Program-made: the position numbers and the translations under genes
In this document: piece by piece, positions 29,520 to 39,492 of the stretch
Layout of the letters: the number at the start of each line of letters is the position of its first letter
Position numbering within the stretch: position 1 is the first letter of the stretch
Source: a virus
Taxonomy: Duplodnaviria > Caudoviricetes
DNA: 64,000 nt
Virus record (IMG/VR): IMGVR_UViG_3300042268_000564
Reading direction: 5' to 3' (one strand)
The notes under the pieces: model-generated
The model's input: only the letters and a program-made list of their open reading frames with translations
Told to the model about the DNA's origin: nothing
Database searches by the model: none

Positions 29520-29526
29520 GGTGCTT

Positions 29527-29763
29527 ATGACTACAAAAATCATATTTAATGACAATGTAGATGTTGTAGTTATCAGGAAAGCAATGGGGCTTGGTGTAGA
29601 CTCATTTGCAGCTATTATGGGTGTTTCAAAGCGTATGGTTGATGATTGGGAAAAAGGCAGAAAGTCGCCAAAGGGAGCAGCTAAGAATCTTTTGATTGTT
29701 GCCAGAGAAAATCCTGATATGGTGAAAGAAGTATTGTTAAATACAGTAAAAATTGAACGGTAA
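29527..29763 (+). CDS. XRE-family HTH protein
   Basis: IRKAMGL...FAAIMGVS..MV..WE.GR..P.GAA..LL. Confidence 0.85.
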   Translation: MTTKIIFNDNVDVVVIRKAMGLGVDSFAAIMGVSKRMVDDWEKGRKSPKGAAKNLLIVARENPDMVKEVLLNTVKIER

Positions 29764-29848
29764 TTATTGATATAATTAAAAGCCCTGCGATTGCGGGGCT
29801 TTTTTTATTGTAAAGTATTGACTAAAGAATGTTACAGGAGTGTTCAGT

Positions 29849-30601
29849 ATGGTCAAAGGTGACATAAAAGCTACGAAGGTTTCTGATAATAGTATCACTC
29901 TTGGCAAGCAACCAGCGGGTGTAGCCAAGAGATATGGTGCGCCAGTTAAAGCTGCGCTTGATAAAGCCGCAGCTAAGGGCAGCAAGCTTAATAAAACAGC
30001 ACTTATGGCTCTTTTGACTACAAGGGGTAGTAAACTTACTCCTGAGAAGGCGGCTAAAATTGTATTGCAAGTGTTTAAAAATGCAAAACCTACTATAAAG
30101 ATTAATACTTCCGCTATTTTTAAGAACAAAACTAATCAAATGAGCGTGAATGAGATTATTGGAAATAATAGTAAGGTTCAACAGAAAGAATATGACCAAA
30201 AGTTGATGATGGGTAAATATGTGGATAGTCTTTCTAGGAATGAACAACGACGCATGTTACAGGTTTTGCATGATGGTTTTAACGGTGACAAACTTGATAT
30301 GGCAGGACTTTCTAAGAATATTAATGAGACAGCAACGATTCTTAAAGGTTTATATAAAAATAGTGGCTTAGACCCTTTGCAATATCAGGGAGCTGTGCAA
30401 GTTGACTTGTTTAAAGCATTGGGCGGGAGATTTGAGGGGAAAAAAGCAGTAATGCCGGGGAAGCTAGTAACGTCATCATCTGAGTCACCTTTTAAAAATG
30501 TTAATATGACATCTTATAAGACAGACCCATTTAAGGCTTTTGCAGAACGCATGGCATCTTTAGCGACAAAAACTGCTGTTAAAAAAAACAGAAATGACTG
30601 A
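29849..30601 (+). CDS. Shared-leader family protein C
   Basis: Same N-terminus as 4551 and 8860; SD AGGAG. Confidence 0.8.
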   Translation: MVKGDIKATKVSDNSITLGKQPAGVAKRYGAPVKAALDKAAAKGSKLNKTALMALLTTRGSKLTPEKAAKIVLQVFKNAKPTIKINTSAIFKNKTNQMSVNEIIGNNSKVQQKEYDQKLMMGKYVDSLSRNEQRRMLQVLHDGFNGDKLDMAGLSKNINETATILKGLYKNSGLDPLQYQGAVQVDLFKALGGRFEGKKAVMPGKLVTSSSESPFKNVNMTSYKTDPFKAFAERMASLATKTAVKKNRND

Positions 30602-31262
30602 TGAACAAAAAGCTATTGCTATGGGACAAGTAATGAAGGCTACTAGTAAGTTATTGGGTGAGAAGATTGAAGGCAATTTCAATAAAAGTGTAACAGGTGA
30701 AAATAAAGGTCGACCTTTCGATAAAGGGATGAAAATTGATTTTGAGAAGAATATAGCTACAGAGATAGAGAGAGCGGTAGCTGCTATGAACAAAGAAAAG
30801 GGCACAACGAAACAGGAAAATCTTGGTGAGAGACTGGATAGATTGGCAAAAGAAAGAGATAACAAAAAATCCAAGGACGAAAAGAGTAGCGATAGAAAAT
30901 TATGGTCTGACAAAAAATTAGCGTCTACTCTTAAACGGACAATAAGTCGCAGGCAAACTATTGTGAATAAGAATGAGCAGAATCAAACTGTTGACCATTA
31001 TAAAGTGCAGGACGGGACGGTAACAAATAAGTGGGGCGAAGCACAGTCTAGTGCAGAAACCATGCAGGGAATATTGGAGAGCATTTCAAAAGGTGTGGGT
31101 GGGAACAGCCCTAAGATGGTAGCATTGAGAGAAAAGGCTAGACAATGGGCTTACGATTTCTTTGATTCGTCAAGCCAACATACTGATAAACAAGTGCAGG
31201 ATAAGCTTGCAAAATCCGCAGAAGCTATAAGGAAAGAATTTGATTCGTTAACTAAAAAATAA
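30594..31262 (+). CDS. Lys-rich hypothetical protein (possible frameshifted continuation of the 29849 ORF)
   Basis: Overlaps previous stop, follows an A8 run, no clear SD. Confidence 0.6.
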   Translation: MTDEQKAIAMGQVMKATSKLLGEKIEGNFNKSVTGENKGRPFDKGMKIDFEKNIATEIERAVAAMNKEKGTTKQENLGERLDRLAKERDNKKSKDEKSSDRKLWSDKKLASTLKRTISRRQTIVNKNEQNQTVDHYKVQDGTVTNKWGEAQSSAETMQGILESISKGVGGNSPKMVALREKARQWAYDFFDSSSQHTDKQVQDKLAKSAEAIRKEFDSLTKK

Positions 31263-31445
31263 GTTGACAGATTGTAATAACTCTTTTATTTTTGACCTAT
31301 GACCTTGGGGCTATGTTTTACCAAAGGACGGAGAAAAGATGAAAGATTTGACAAAATTACAAAATCAACTGGTTAAGGATATTTACAAGCAATTAAGCTG
31401 TAAAAAAGACAAAAACGGCACTATTGTCGTAGGCAAGAGCTAAAG

Positions 31446-31479
31446 CAAAAAGAGAGGCATGAAAAGCCTCTCTTTTTTT
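31446..31479. terminator. Bidirectional terminator
   Basis: AAAAAGAGAGGC-ATGAAAA-GCCTCTCTTTTTT. Confidence 0.8.
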
Positions 31480-31489
31480 ATCGGACGAA

Positions 31490-31774
31490 TTATTTGGTGA
31501 TAATCTGTCTGAAGCTTGCCTGATTTTTTTCAAGGTCGGCAATGATTGCTCTTACATCAAGAGCTTTCGTATCCAAAGTAGCTTTTTGCTTCTTTAAATT
31601 TTCCAACAAAGTTTCTTCTGCCTGCTTTTCTTTTGAAAGGCGGGCGATGTTAGTTTCAGCGGTTTTGATTTTTTCCTCAACTTCCGTGATTGCATTTGCG
31701 GTGTCTTTATTGAGTGTCCTGAAATACTGGTAAGTATCACTATTGATAGTGCTTACTTCAAAATCATTTGGCAT
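31490..31774 (-). CDS. Coiled-coil hypothetical protein
   Basis: SD AAGGAG. Confidence 0.6.
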   Translation of the reverse strand: MPNDFEVSTINSDTYQYFRTLNKDTANAITEVEEKIKTAETNIARLSKEKQAEETLLENLKKQKATLDTKALDVRAIIADLEKNQASFRQIITK

Positions 31775-31815
31775 GATTATTTCTCCTTTTAAGGTTGACT
31801 CTCTTTATAATACCA

Positions 31816-34074
31816 TTATGGATTTTTCATAAAATCAATTACAGGCTGTAGTTCATAACAGATTCCACATTCAGGCAGCGAATCCAACACAGCGTTGCTA
31901 TAACCCTTTTTGAACCTGCTACTTGGATTAAGTCTTGAATCAAGTATTACTACCACGCCTCTGTCTCGCTTTGTTCTTATAAGTCTTCCAAAGCCTTGTC
32001 GAATCATAGTTGTTGCCCGTGGCAAATCGCAGTCTTTAAAGTAGTTCCTGCCCTGAGCTTCCAGATATTCTTTCATTGCTTCGTTAAATGGCTCGTCAGG
32101 ACGCTCAAAAGGCATCTTTGTGATGATTACACAGGATAGGGCATCACCTTGTATATCAACGCCAACCCAGAAGCTGGACACGCCAAGCAGTATCCCATTT
32201 TTTGCTTTACGGAATTTTTGTGTTAATACATTTTTGGGACCATCTTCACCCTGCACGAATACGGGACGACCTTTCGCTTCCATTTCGGCTCTTATATCCT
32301 GCGACACCTTTGTCATGGATTGGTAAGAGGTGAACAATACGAATATCCCGCCATCAATATGAGGCTCTATTTCTCTTATTTGTTTCGCAATCTGCTGGTC
32401 GAAATCGGGTGCCGATGGAATAGGCATATTCGGCATATACAGTAAGCAATTCTGCAAGTAATTGAATGGCGAGTCAAGAATGCTCTGGTGAGTATCTTTC
32501 GCATCCAAATCAACTCCTACAGCTCTTGAGAAATAACTTAGCCCTTCATCCGACGCGAGCGTAGCGGATGTGTAACTTACATAAAGCCCTTTGCAAAACT
32601 TCTGAATCATCTCAGCCGTGTTTAAGGGAATAGCCGTCACTGTGACTTTTTTACCATACTTTGTTTGCTTCTGTGAACATTGGGCGAAGTAGCAGGTATC
32701 ATTTTTAATGTCGCTTGTGGTTTCGAGCAACCGTTTTTTAAAGCCAGTGAAATGTTTAAAGAAGCCTTCACCTACAGTTTCCAGTTCCTTATTTCCTGCT
32801 GCTGTGTGGTGAACTTTAGCTTTGCGGATGTAGTTGATAATGATTCCGAGGTATTTATCCACTTCGCTTCTATCGGCTGGTAAATCAGTTTTGAATCTTT
32901 TACTGCTTTTGTTACCAATGAATTTCTGAATTTGAGCAAAGTAAGCCTTTGAGGCTTTTAAAAGTTCATTAACAGTAAGTGTCACTTCTTTTTGTTCTGT
33001 CGCATTAAGAACACTGCCGAGAAAGCCCTTGCTGGATATCTCAGGCAAGAACCTGTCAGCCATATAAGGAACCCAGCTTGATGTTATTTCAGTGCCAAAG
33101 AAATTCGCAGCAACACCCGGAACATGGTCAGCCTCATCAAATACGACGGTCTTAGTTTCAGGCAAGAACCCCTTCCCATTTGCAGCGATAACACTGCGAT
33201 TGGCAAAGAATAAAGCATGATTCACAATACACAAATCTGCATCTGCCCATGCTTTTTGTGCTTTGGCGAAATAACAGCTTTGAAAGTAAGGACATTGCCA
33301 TCTCATACAGTCATCACCGTCAGAACAAACCTTTGCCCACATGCCCGCTATTGCACCTTTGTTTACCTCCACGCCTAGTTCTACGGTGTCGCCGATTTGA
33401 GGGTCGGTAATGTACCAGTCCATAAGAACATCGAAGGCTGCCTTTTCTTCTTTTGTCTTGAGTTTATTGCGCACTTCTTGACGTTTGAGGGCAAGCTGGA
33501 ATGACTCAGGCAGGTCGGCGGCTTCATTCGCCATGTCGGCGAACATATCCACTTCCTCTGCTTTTTTCTTTTTAGATTTACGTTTCTTTTTACTCATTTG
33601 CAGGTCAAGAAAGCGATGCCATCTACGCAGGCAGAGGTAATTTGCACGTCCCTTGCATAAAGCGAAAGAGAAAGATATTTTCAGATATTTTTTAAAGATT
33701 TTTTGCAGTAAGGGCAAGTCTTTCTCAGTGAGCTGTGCCTGTAGATTCTTTGTGGAGGTAGAGATGATTACAGGGGCTTCCATCATCTTGCTGGCAATGA
33801 TTGCAGGGATAGAGTAAGCCATGCTTTTCCCTGAGCCTGTAGGGGCTTCAATGATGGCATTTTGTTTGAGATGCAGCATAACATCTGACAAAAGAGTTGA
33901 CATGATTTCTTGTGCCATGCGTGGCTCATAATTTTTTAATGTCTGTTCGAGATAGCCGTTTGCGCTTAAAATGTCGCTGATAAGCTTTTTAATTACTGCT
34001 GGTTTGTCAATGGCTCCGCTATTGAGACGTTGTGTAACATCCAATGCCTTTTTTGTTTTCTTTTTGGCGTGCAT
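31816..34074 (-). CDS. DinG/YoaA-family SF2 helicase
   Basis: EAPTGSGKS, KGRANYLC, Fe-S Cys cluster, DEAD(H), SATL, GVDIQG, QGFGRLIR. Confidence 0.92.
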   Translation of the reverse strand: MHAKKKTKKALDVTQRLNSGAIDKPAVIKKLISDILSANGYLEQTLKNYEPRMAQEIMSTLLSDVMLHLKQNAIIEAPTGSGKSMAYSIPAIIASKMMEAPVIISTSTKNLQAQLTEKDLPLLQKIFKKYLKISFSFALCKGRANYLCLRRWHRFLDLQMSKKKRKSKKKKAEEVDMFADMANEAADLPESFQLALKRQEVRNKLKTKEEKAAFDVLMDWYITDPQIGDTVELGVEVNKGAIAGMWAKVCSDGDDCMRWQCPYFQSCYFAKAQKAWADADLCIVNHALFFANRSVIAANGKGFLPETKTVVFDEADHVPGVAANFFGTEITSSWVPYMADRFLPEISSKGFLGSVLNATEQKEVTLTVNELLKASKAYFAQIQKFIGNKSSKRFKTDLPADRSEVDKYLGIIINYIRKAKVHHTAAGNKELETVGEGFFKHFTGFKKRLLETTSDIKNDTCYFAQCSQKQTKYGKKVTVTAIPLNTAEMIQKFCKGLYVSYTSATLASDEGLSYFSRAVGVDLDAKDTHQSILDSPFNYLQNCLLYMPNMPIPSAPDFDQQIAKQIREIEPHIDGGIFVLFTSYQSMTKVSQDIRAEMEAKGRPVFVQGEDGPKNVLTQKFRKAKNGILLGVSSFWVGVDIQGDALSCVIITKMPFERPDEPFNEAMKEYLEAQGRNYFKDCDLPRATTMIRQGFGRLIRTKRDRGVVVILDSRLNPSSRFKKGYSNAVLDSLPECGICYELQPVIDFMKNP

Positions 34075-34177
34075 AAGGTTCCTCGTGTCTTTTGGTATAT
34101 CTTTATAATGCCGTGAGAAAAGAAATAAGAGGGCGAAAAGCCCCCTTATTTACAGAAAAAGATTGAGAGATAGGTGA

Positions 34178-34819
34178 CTACAGGCTGGAAGCCTCTAATT
34201 CGTTTATTTGACGTTGTACAACCTTAGTAATGTCGCAAGTGCCGTCTTCCTGAATGTAGCCTTCATATTTGCCGCCTTCAGCGAAAAGAGCGTCTTTCAG
34301 GAATTCTTTTTCGTCCTCATCGATGTCTGTTCTAGCATAGATGGCTTCTACATCAGCAAGCATTTCAGGGGTAAGTTCAATATCCAGTGAATCAGGCATG
34401 TTGTCTTCATAAGACAGATATTCCTCTACCCAAGCTTTGTTGATTTTGCCTGTTTCGTTGTCGTAAAGCCCGTAGAATTCGCCTTCTTCATCGAACATTC
34501 CCGCCAAGATACGATTGCGTTGCTCTTGTGTCATGTTAGGAAATTCTCTGTTGTATTCTTGCATTCTTTCCTCAATTTTGGCAAGAATAATTGGTGGCGG
34601 TTCTTCCTGTGTAAGGTCTTGCTTATTCATTTCGTCTTCAACTTCGCCACGCATTACAATCAGATTCTGCAAATATCTTGCAGCCCTGTTAATATATTGG
34701 TCAAGCTCATACCTGTAAGCCAGACGCTGGTAAATGGTTGGGTTTTCAATCTGTTGGAATTTTTCAAGGGTGTCAATAAAAGCACGTTTTTCATTAATTA
34801 CATACAAAATGTTACTCAT
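34178..34819 (-). CDS. Acidic hypothetical protein
   Basis: Shares a motif with the adjacent ORF. Confidence 0.6.
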   Translation of the reverse strand: MSNILYVINEKRAFIDTLEKFQQIENPTIYQRLAYRYELDQYINRAARYLQNLIVMRGEVEDEMNKQDLTQEEPPPIILAKIEERMQEYNREFPNMTQEQRNRILAGMFDEEGEFYGLYDNETGKINKAWVEEYLSYEDNMPDSLDIELTPEMLADVEAIYARTDIDEDEKEFLKDALFAEGGKYEGYIQEDGTCDITKVVQRQINELEASSL

Positions 34820-34840
34820 ATTCTTTGGCTTCCTCTCTGA

Positions 34841-35260
34841 TTAAAATACATCGTCGTCGGCTTTTAAAATTTTGCCTTGACCCTTGCCAATTTTCTTTTG
34901 GAATTTGGCGACTGCGTCTCTGTCAATGGTGTCGTCGGCTTTAACGATGTCTTTAAGCACGCCACTTTCAAAAAGCTTGATAATATCAGCGGCAGTGCTG
35001 ATTTTGTCAGAATCAATCTGTTCATCAATGTAATCAAGAATTACAGGTGGAATTTCAGTTTGAGCGATGCCGTTTTCGTGCATTAATTCGTCCCATTTGG
35101 TAATCATGTTTGCAATGGCAAGCTGGCATTCGTCAATTTTGTCCATTGTATTCACAATTCTGAAGCATTTTTGTTCAAAATCTTCATCTTTCCCAGCCAT
35201 GTCCCTGATAACTTTGATTGAGGAATCAATGCTATCCATATCAATAATGTCAATACTCAT
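34841..35260 (-). CDS. Acidic hypothetical protein
   Basis: Promoter 35304-35331 upstream. Confidence 0.6.
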   Translation of the reverse strand: MSIDIIDMDSIDSSIKVIRDMAGKDEDFEQKCFRIVNTMDKIDECQLAIANMITKWDELMHENGIAQTEIPPVILDYIDEQIDSDKISTAADIIKLFESGVLKDIVKADDTIDRDAVAKFQKKIGKGQGKILKADDDVF

Positions 35261-35334
35261 ACGCTACCTATCTCCCATGTTAAATTTAAAATTAACTACA
35301 TGTATTATATACAGAGTTTTGCTTTCGTCAAAAA

Positions 35335-35571
35335 TTATTTCATTTTTTTGAACAAATCTTCTGGCATGTCGTCAGCTCGCTTGTCCCACTGTATTTCCTT
35401 GTAATCGCTAGGAACACCCTGCATAGGCGTATTATTGGGAATCTCGTGCAGGCACATTGCCTTTTTAATCAAATTAATATCCTTTTGTAGGTTATTCAGT
35501 ATGATTGCATTATTGCGTGCCTGCTCGAATGTTAATTCCATCAGCTCTATCAAGCTGTCAATATTGCTCAT
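35335..35571 (-). CDS. Hypothetical protein
   Basis: SD GGAGG after dnaX. Confidence 0.55.
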   Translation of the reverse strand: MSNIDSLIELMELTFEQARNNAIILNNLQKDINLIKKAMCLHEIPNNTPMQGVPSDYKEIQWDKRADDMPEDLFKKMK

Positions 35572-35573
35572 GT

Positions 35574-36998
35574 TCAGCCTCCGAAAAAGCTTTCACTGCT
35601 TACTGTTTGCGGTTTGTTCTGCGGGAATAATTCAATCCTTGTTCCCAAGTTGTGCTTCTGTAGTGCCGATTTGATTTGTTCCTTGAGCATCTTCAACAGG
35701 TCTTTTTCTGCACCCGACAGTCTTTCACATTGTTCAAGACAAAGTCCGTTCTCATCGGCTGACACTTCAATCTTGTTGAGTATAAAACTGGCTTGTGGTG
35801 GGAGCCATGTTTTTATTTCATCCCAAGTAGCGGCAGCTTTGGTCTGCTCTGGCTGAGGCTGCGCAACAGTTTCTTTGACTATGACTTGTTGAACGGGCTT
35901 TTCTGTTTGCAAGTTTGATACAGAGAGAGCCATTGTTTCCAGTGCAATTCGACCTTTTGCCGAATCAATCAGGTTGCCATATTTGAGAAGCTGTTCCATT
36001 ACAGCAAGGAACCAATCTGTGCTTTTTTTGCTGGATTGTTCTTTCAGCCTCGCATTAGTGCTGTCACCATAATCTAATCCATCGATATAATCAGGTGATG
36101 TAGACGCTACCATGAGAGTGTCGAAGTATCTGAGGATTTCCATATATACAGGCTGTAACATCGCAGAATTATCTACGATATGTCCTATCTGCTGCAAAAT
36201 GGCTGCTGTATTATTGTCGATAATGGCATCAGCTAAAGTGCCTATAGATTCAATTCCGATAGTGCCAAGCACCTTTGAGGCAACAGACAAGGTAATATGA
36301 TTGCCATCCGCTACATTGATAGCAGAGTCAAGCTTTCCAATCGCATCCCTTGCTCCACCTTCACTATTTCTTGCAATCGCCATTGCTGCATCATTGTCTA
36401 ATTCTACATTTTCATTCTTGGCGATATAGAGCAAGCGTTCTGCAAGCTTGCTTGCGGGGATTCTATGGAACTGATGGACCTGAGTTCTTGATACGATAGT
36501 TTCCTTCAACTTGTCAGGCTCTGTAGTGCAAAGAATAAAAACCACATTTGGTGGCGGCTCCTCAAGCGTCTTGAGAAAGGCGTTTTGCGCCTGATTGGTA
36601 AGCATGTGAACTTCGTCCATGATATAGAACTTGGTTCTTACTTGTGAGGGCACAACTGCTGCTGATTCCTGTAAAGCTCTGATGTCATTTACGCCATTCT
36701 TGGTCGCACAGTCTACCTCTACAATGTCGATACATCTATTATCGATGATATCTCTGCAAGACTGACATTCACCGCAAGGTTCAGGGGTAAGTCCTTTATC
36801 GCAGTTGAAAGCCATTGCCAATATGCGTGATGATGTTGTTTTCCCAGAACCACGAGTTCCACACATCAGGAAAGCATGATTTACTCTGCCATTGGCTAAC
36901 CCCTTGGTTAACACGAGAGAAATATGTTCCTGTCCAATTAAATCGGAAAAACTGCGGGGTCTATACTTATTATAAAGTGATTGAATATTGCCTTTCAT
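35574..36998 (-). CDS. dnaX: DNA polymerase III subunit gamma/tau (clamp loader)
   Basis: KYRP..F.DLIGQ, GTRGSGKTT, PCGECQSC, DEVHML, NAFLKTLEEPP. Confidence 0.93.
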   Translation of the reverse strand: MKGNIQSLYNKYRPRSFSDLIGQEHISLVLTKGLANGRVNHAFLMCGTRGSGKTTSSRILAMAFNCDKGLTPEPCGECQSCRDIIDNRCIDIVEVDCATKNGVNDIRALQESAAVVPSQVRTKFYIMDEVHMLTNQAQNAFLKTLEEPPPNVVFILCTTEPDKLKETIVSRTQVHQFHRIPASKLAERLLYIAKNENVELDNDAAMAIARNSEGGARDAIGKLDSAINVADGNHITLSVASKVLGTIGIESIGTLADAIIDNNTAAILQQIGHIVDNSAMLQPVYMEILRYFDTLMVASTSPDYIDGLDYGDSTNARLKEQSSKKSTDWFLAVMEQLLKYGNLIDSAKGRIALETMALSVSNLQTEKPVQQVIVKETVAQPQPEQTKAAATWDEIKTWLPPQASFILNKIEVSADENGLCLEQCERLSGAEKDLLKMLKEQIKSALQKHNLGTRIELFPQNKPQTVSSESFFGG

Positions 36999-37000
36999 CT

Positions 37001-37504
37001 TTACTCCTGCTCTTTCGGTTCCGCCACATTACTGATTGTAGCTTCTTTGCTTGTAGCCAAGCCTATAAATGTTCCGCAAGTCGCACCAAAAGCGACACTT
37101 GAAAAAAATAATGATATTATAGTCAGCAAGTTTAACTTCGAGTCAGGTGCTTGCGCCAGCATCGCAAAATTTCCGTTACCTTCTGAAAATGTTATCAAAC
37201 ATATTATACCGTTGCCCAATATTGCATGACTCCAAGTTTCCACTTTTTGAACGATTTCACGACTCGCAGTGGCTTTTATCAGGTCAATAATAACGCCTGT
37301 GTAAAAACACAAAATTAATCCGCACGCTATAGCTGCTTTGCCATTCAACCATGCCAAACTTTTTGCAAGTGTGAGCATAAGGATTGTTGCAGAGAAGTTC
37401 AAGAGATGTCGTCTTAATGGCACATTTTCAGGCAGGTCGGAATAAAAACGCTTTAATTGCCCTACAAAAGTAAGAACAATTAAAGCGTAGCTTATGTATA
37501 GCAT
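37001..37504 (-). CDS. Multi-pass membrane protein
   Basis: Several hydrophobic segments. Confidence 0.6.
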   Translation of the reverse strand: MLYISYALIVLTFVGQLKRFYSDLPENVPLRRHLLNFSATILMLTLAKSLAWLNGKAAIACGLILCFYTGVIIDLIKATASREIVQKVETWSHAILGNGIICLITFSEGNGNFAMLAQAPDSKLNLLTIISLFFSSVAFGATCGTFIGLATSKEATISNVAEPKEQE

Positions 37505-38874
37505 TATTTATCTGCTGTTGCTTCTTGCCCGTCAATGATATCTTCGATACTGTCGGATGTAGATGGGATAGCGTCTACTACTTTGCGATATTTTTCATTG
37601 TTGGTGTCGAACAAAGGTGTAATAAATGATTGCAGGTGCTTGTAAAGAGTGTCATTAATGCAGTTTTGATAAGCCGTCCAGTAAGAGGTATTTTTGTTTG
37701 CCGATTTAAGTTTTTCTTTAACCTGTTCATCAGTTACTTCATCAAGTTCATTCTCGAATCTATTTATAAGAGAGCAGAGCACGATGTCTTGATAAATTCC
37801 TTTGGCAATTCTGTTACTGGTGTTCTGAATCAGTTTTTCTCTGGCTTCTTTTTCCATGCCGAGTAATTGCTGCTGGTATTGCGACAAGAACATGTTAAGA
37901 CGATGGTCAAGCACTACGGGGGTAACTTCCTTGGAGAGAATGGTTTCATTTTCTTCAATAAGTTTTTCAATAAGCTTTTCAACTAAGTAATTTTCGTCTT
38001 TTATTCTTTTTAATTTTTGCTCTTCAACAAGGCTTTCATATAGCTCCTTATAAGAGGCTTTGCCCATCTTTGTTGCAAGTTCTTCATCCGATGGATGCTT
38101 GCGTTCTTTTACTTCATGCAGGGTTACAGTAAATTCTACTTCTGTGCCAGCATGAGCCGCAGCTTGCTTATTGTTGGGCAACAATTCAGCAAGATTTTCT
38201 GGGAGCTTGCAAGTGATTGTTTTAGTCTCGTCTACAGCCATGTCTACCAAGCCTTGTTCAATCTCAGGAATAACAATAGCATGATTTCCTACAACAACCG
38301 TGATTTCTTTGCCACAAAGAGCAGGAATCACAGAATCAGCACCAACTGGCTTGCCGTCAAATGAAAATTTTGCAATATCACCCCACTGGAGCTTGCGGTC
38401 AACAACCAGAAATTCAATATTAGATTGACGTAGGTTATGAAGCTGCTGTCCCACATCATTAACAACTGCTTCTGTAACATCAATACTGTAATCGTCGCTC
38501 ATTGCCAAATCCACGGGCGCAAGCGTGTTCGTAGACACTGTAAAACTGATAGAACCATCAATATTAACTTGAATATTATTCAATGTGTTGGTAGAGGCGA
38601 CTAATACGTTATTTTTTGTGATAAATTCATTCCAGTTTTCAGAAATGACATCACTATAGAGTGCTTCTTTTCCTACCTGATTTTCAATCACTTTTCTTGG
38701 GGCTTTGCCCTGTCTGAAGCCATGAATTTTGACTTGGTTCTGAACTTTTTTAATTGCTTTGTCGGCAGTATTTGGTGCAGTTACAAGCGTAAAAGCCTGT
38801 AAAACAGAATCAATCTCATCCCCTGCATTAGTGGTATATTTGGTAGGGATATTTTTTACATCAACAAGTTCCAT
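37504..38874 (-). CDS. tig: Trigger factor-like chaperone
   Basis: GFRQGKAP ribosome-binding motif; FKBP-like GD...F.G...IPEIEQGL..M...E.K....P...AG.EV.F.VTLHEVKER. Confidence 0.85.
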   Translation of the reverse strand: MELVDVKNIPTKYTTNAGDEIDSVLQAFTLVTAPNTADKAIKKVQNQVKIHGFRQGKAPRKVIENQVGKEALYSDVISENWNEFITKNNVLVASTNTLNNIQVNIDGSISFTVSTNTLAPVDLAMSDDYSIDVTEAVVNDVGQQLHNLRQSNIEFLVVDRKLQWGDIAKFSFDGKPVGADSVIPALCGKEITVVVGNHAIVIPEIEQGLVDMAVDETKTITCKLPENLAELLPNNKQAAAHAGTEVEFTVTLHEVKERKHPSDEELATKMGKASYKELYESLVEEQKLKRIKDENYLVEKLIEKLIEENETILSKEVTPVVLDHRLNMFLSQYQQQLLGMEKEAREKLIQNTSNRIAKGIYQDIVLCSLINRFENELDEVTDEQVKEKLKSANKNTSYWTAYQNCINDTLYKHLQSFITPLFDTNNEKYRKVVDAIPSTSDSIEDIIDGQEATADK

Positions 38875-38925
38875 TAGTGAAACACTCCTATCGTAAGGTT
38901 ATTTTCAAAGATATGTTTATATTAC

Positions 38926-39492
38926 CTATGCAGCGCACAAAACTTTTATTAAATTTTGTCCTGCTTCTGTGATTGCTTCCTCAGAAAAGAGAGAAATGGC
39001 ATCGCCGACTTTAATAAGGTCGATTACGTCGGGGGTTTCTTTACGAATGAATTTTACTCTCAGTCCGAAAGCCATATTGTTATCACCGCCGAGCACACAG
39101 GTCACTCTCGCTGCCATTTGGTCTGCTATGTCATGAATCATTGCAGCAAAGTTTTTTGGGATATACCCTGCCTGTGTTCCGTCAAGCATTTTTACCGCTA
39201 CAGCATTGGGGTCATATTGATTGTCTGGCTCTGGTTGTAATTCAAGGATGTCACCTTCTTGAATCGTTTTAAGAACGTCTTGACGACCTTCAAAGGTTAC
39301 ACCCACGATTTTATGTTCTTGTCCACCAAGCACGAGTGCCCTGATACGTTCCTGATTGATTTCATCCTGTGGAACAGAGTTAGGTGTTACTTGTTCCAGT
39401 ATCTTCTCTATTAAGAGGTATTGGTCAACGTTTATATTTGTTACGTTTTTTATAATTGTGTGAACTTCTTCTACGGTAAGAGGAACCCGCAT
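38926..39492 (-). CDS. HIRAN domain protein
   Basis: IVGVTF.GR..L..EPDN.YDPNAV.V...GYIP; start after SD GGAG. Confidence 0.85.
   Translation of the reverse strand: MRVPLTVEEVHTIIKNVTNINVDQYLLIEKILEQVTPNSVPQDEINQERIRALVLGGQEHKIVGVTFEGRQDVLKTIQEGDILELQPEPDNQYDPNAVAVKMLDGTQAGYIPKNFAAMIHDIADQMAARVTCVLGGDNNMAFGLRVKFIRKETPDVIDLIKVGDAISLFSEEAITEAGQNLIKVLCAA

Noticed and set aside
4469-30129. Homologous antisense ORFs at 4469, 8757/8946 and 29776
   Set aside because: They are simply the reverse strand of the shared leader cassette.
4551-30601. Leader repeats as a DGR or insertion sequence
   Set aside because: No reverse transcriptase, transposase, terminal IRs or adenine-specific variation; differences are largely synonymous or conservative.
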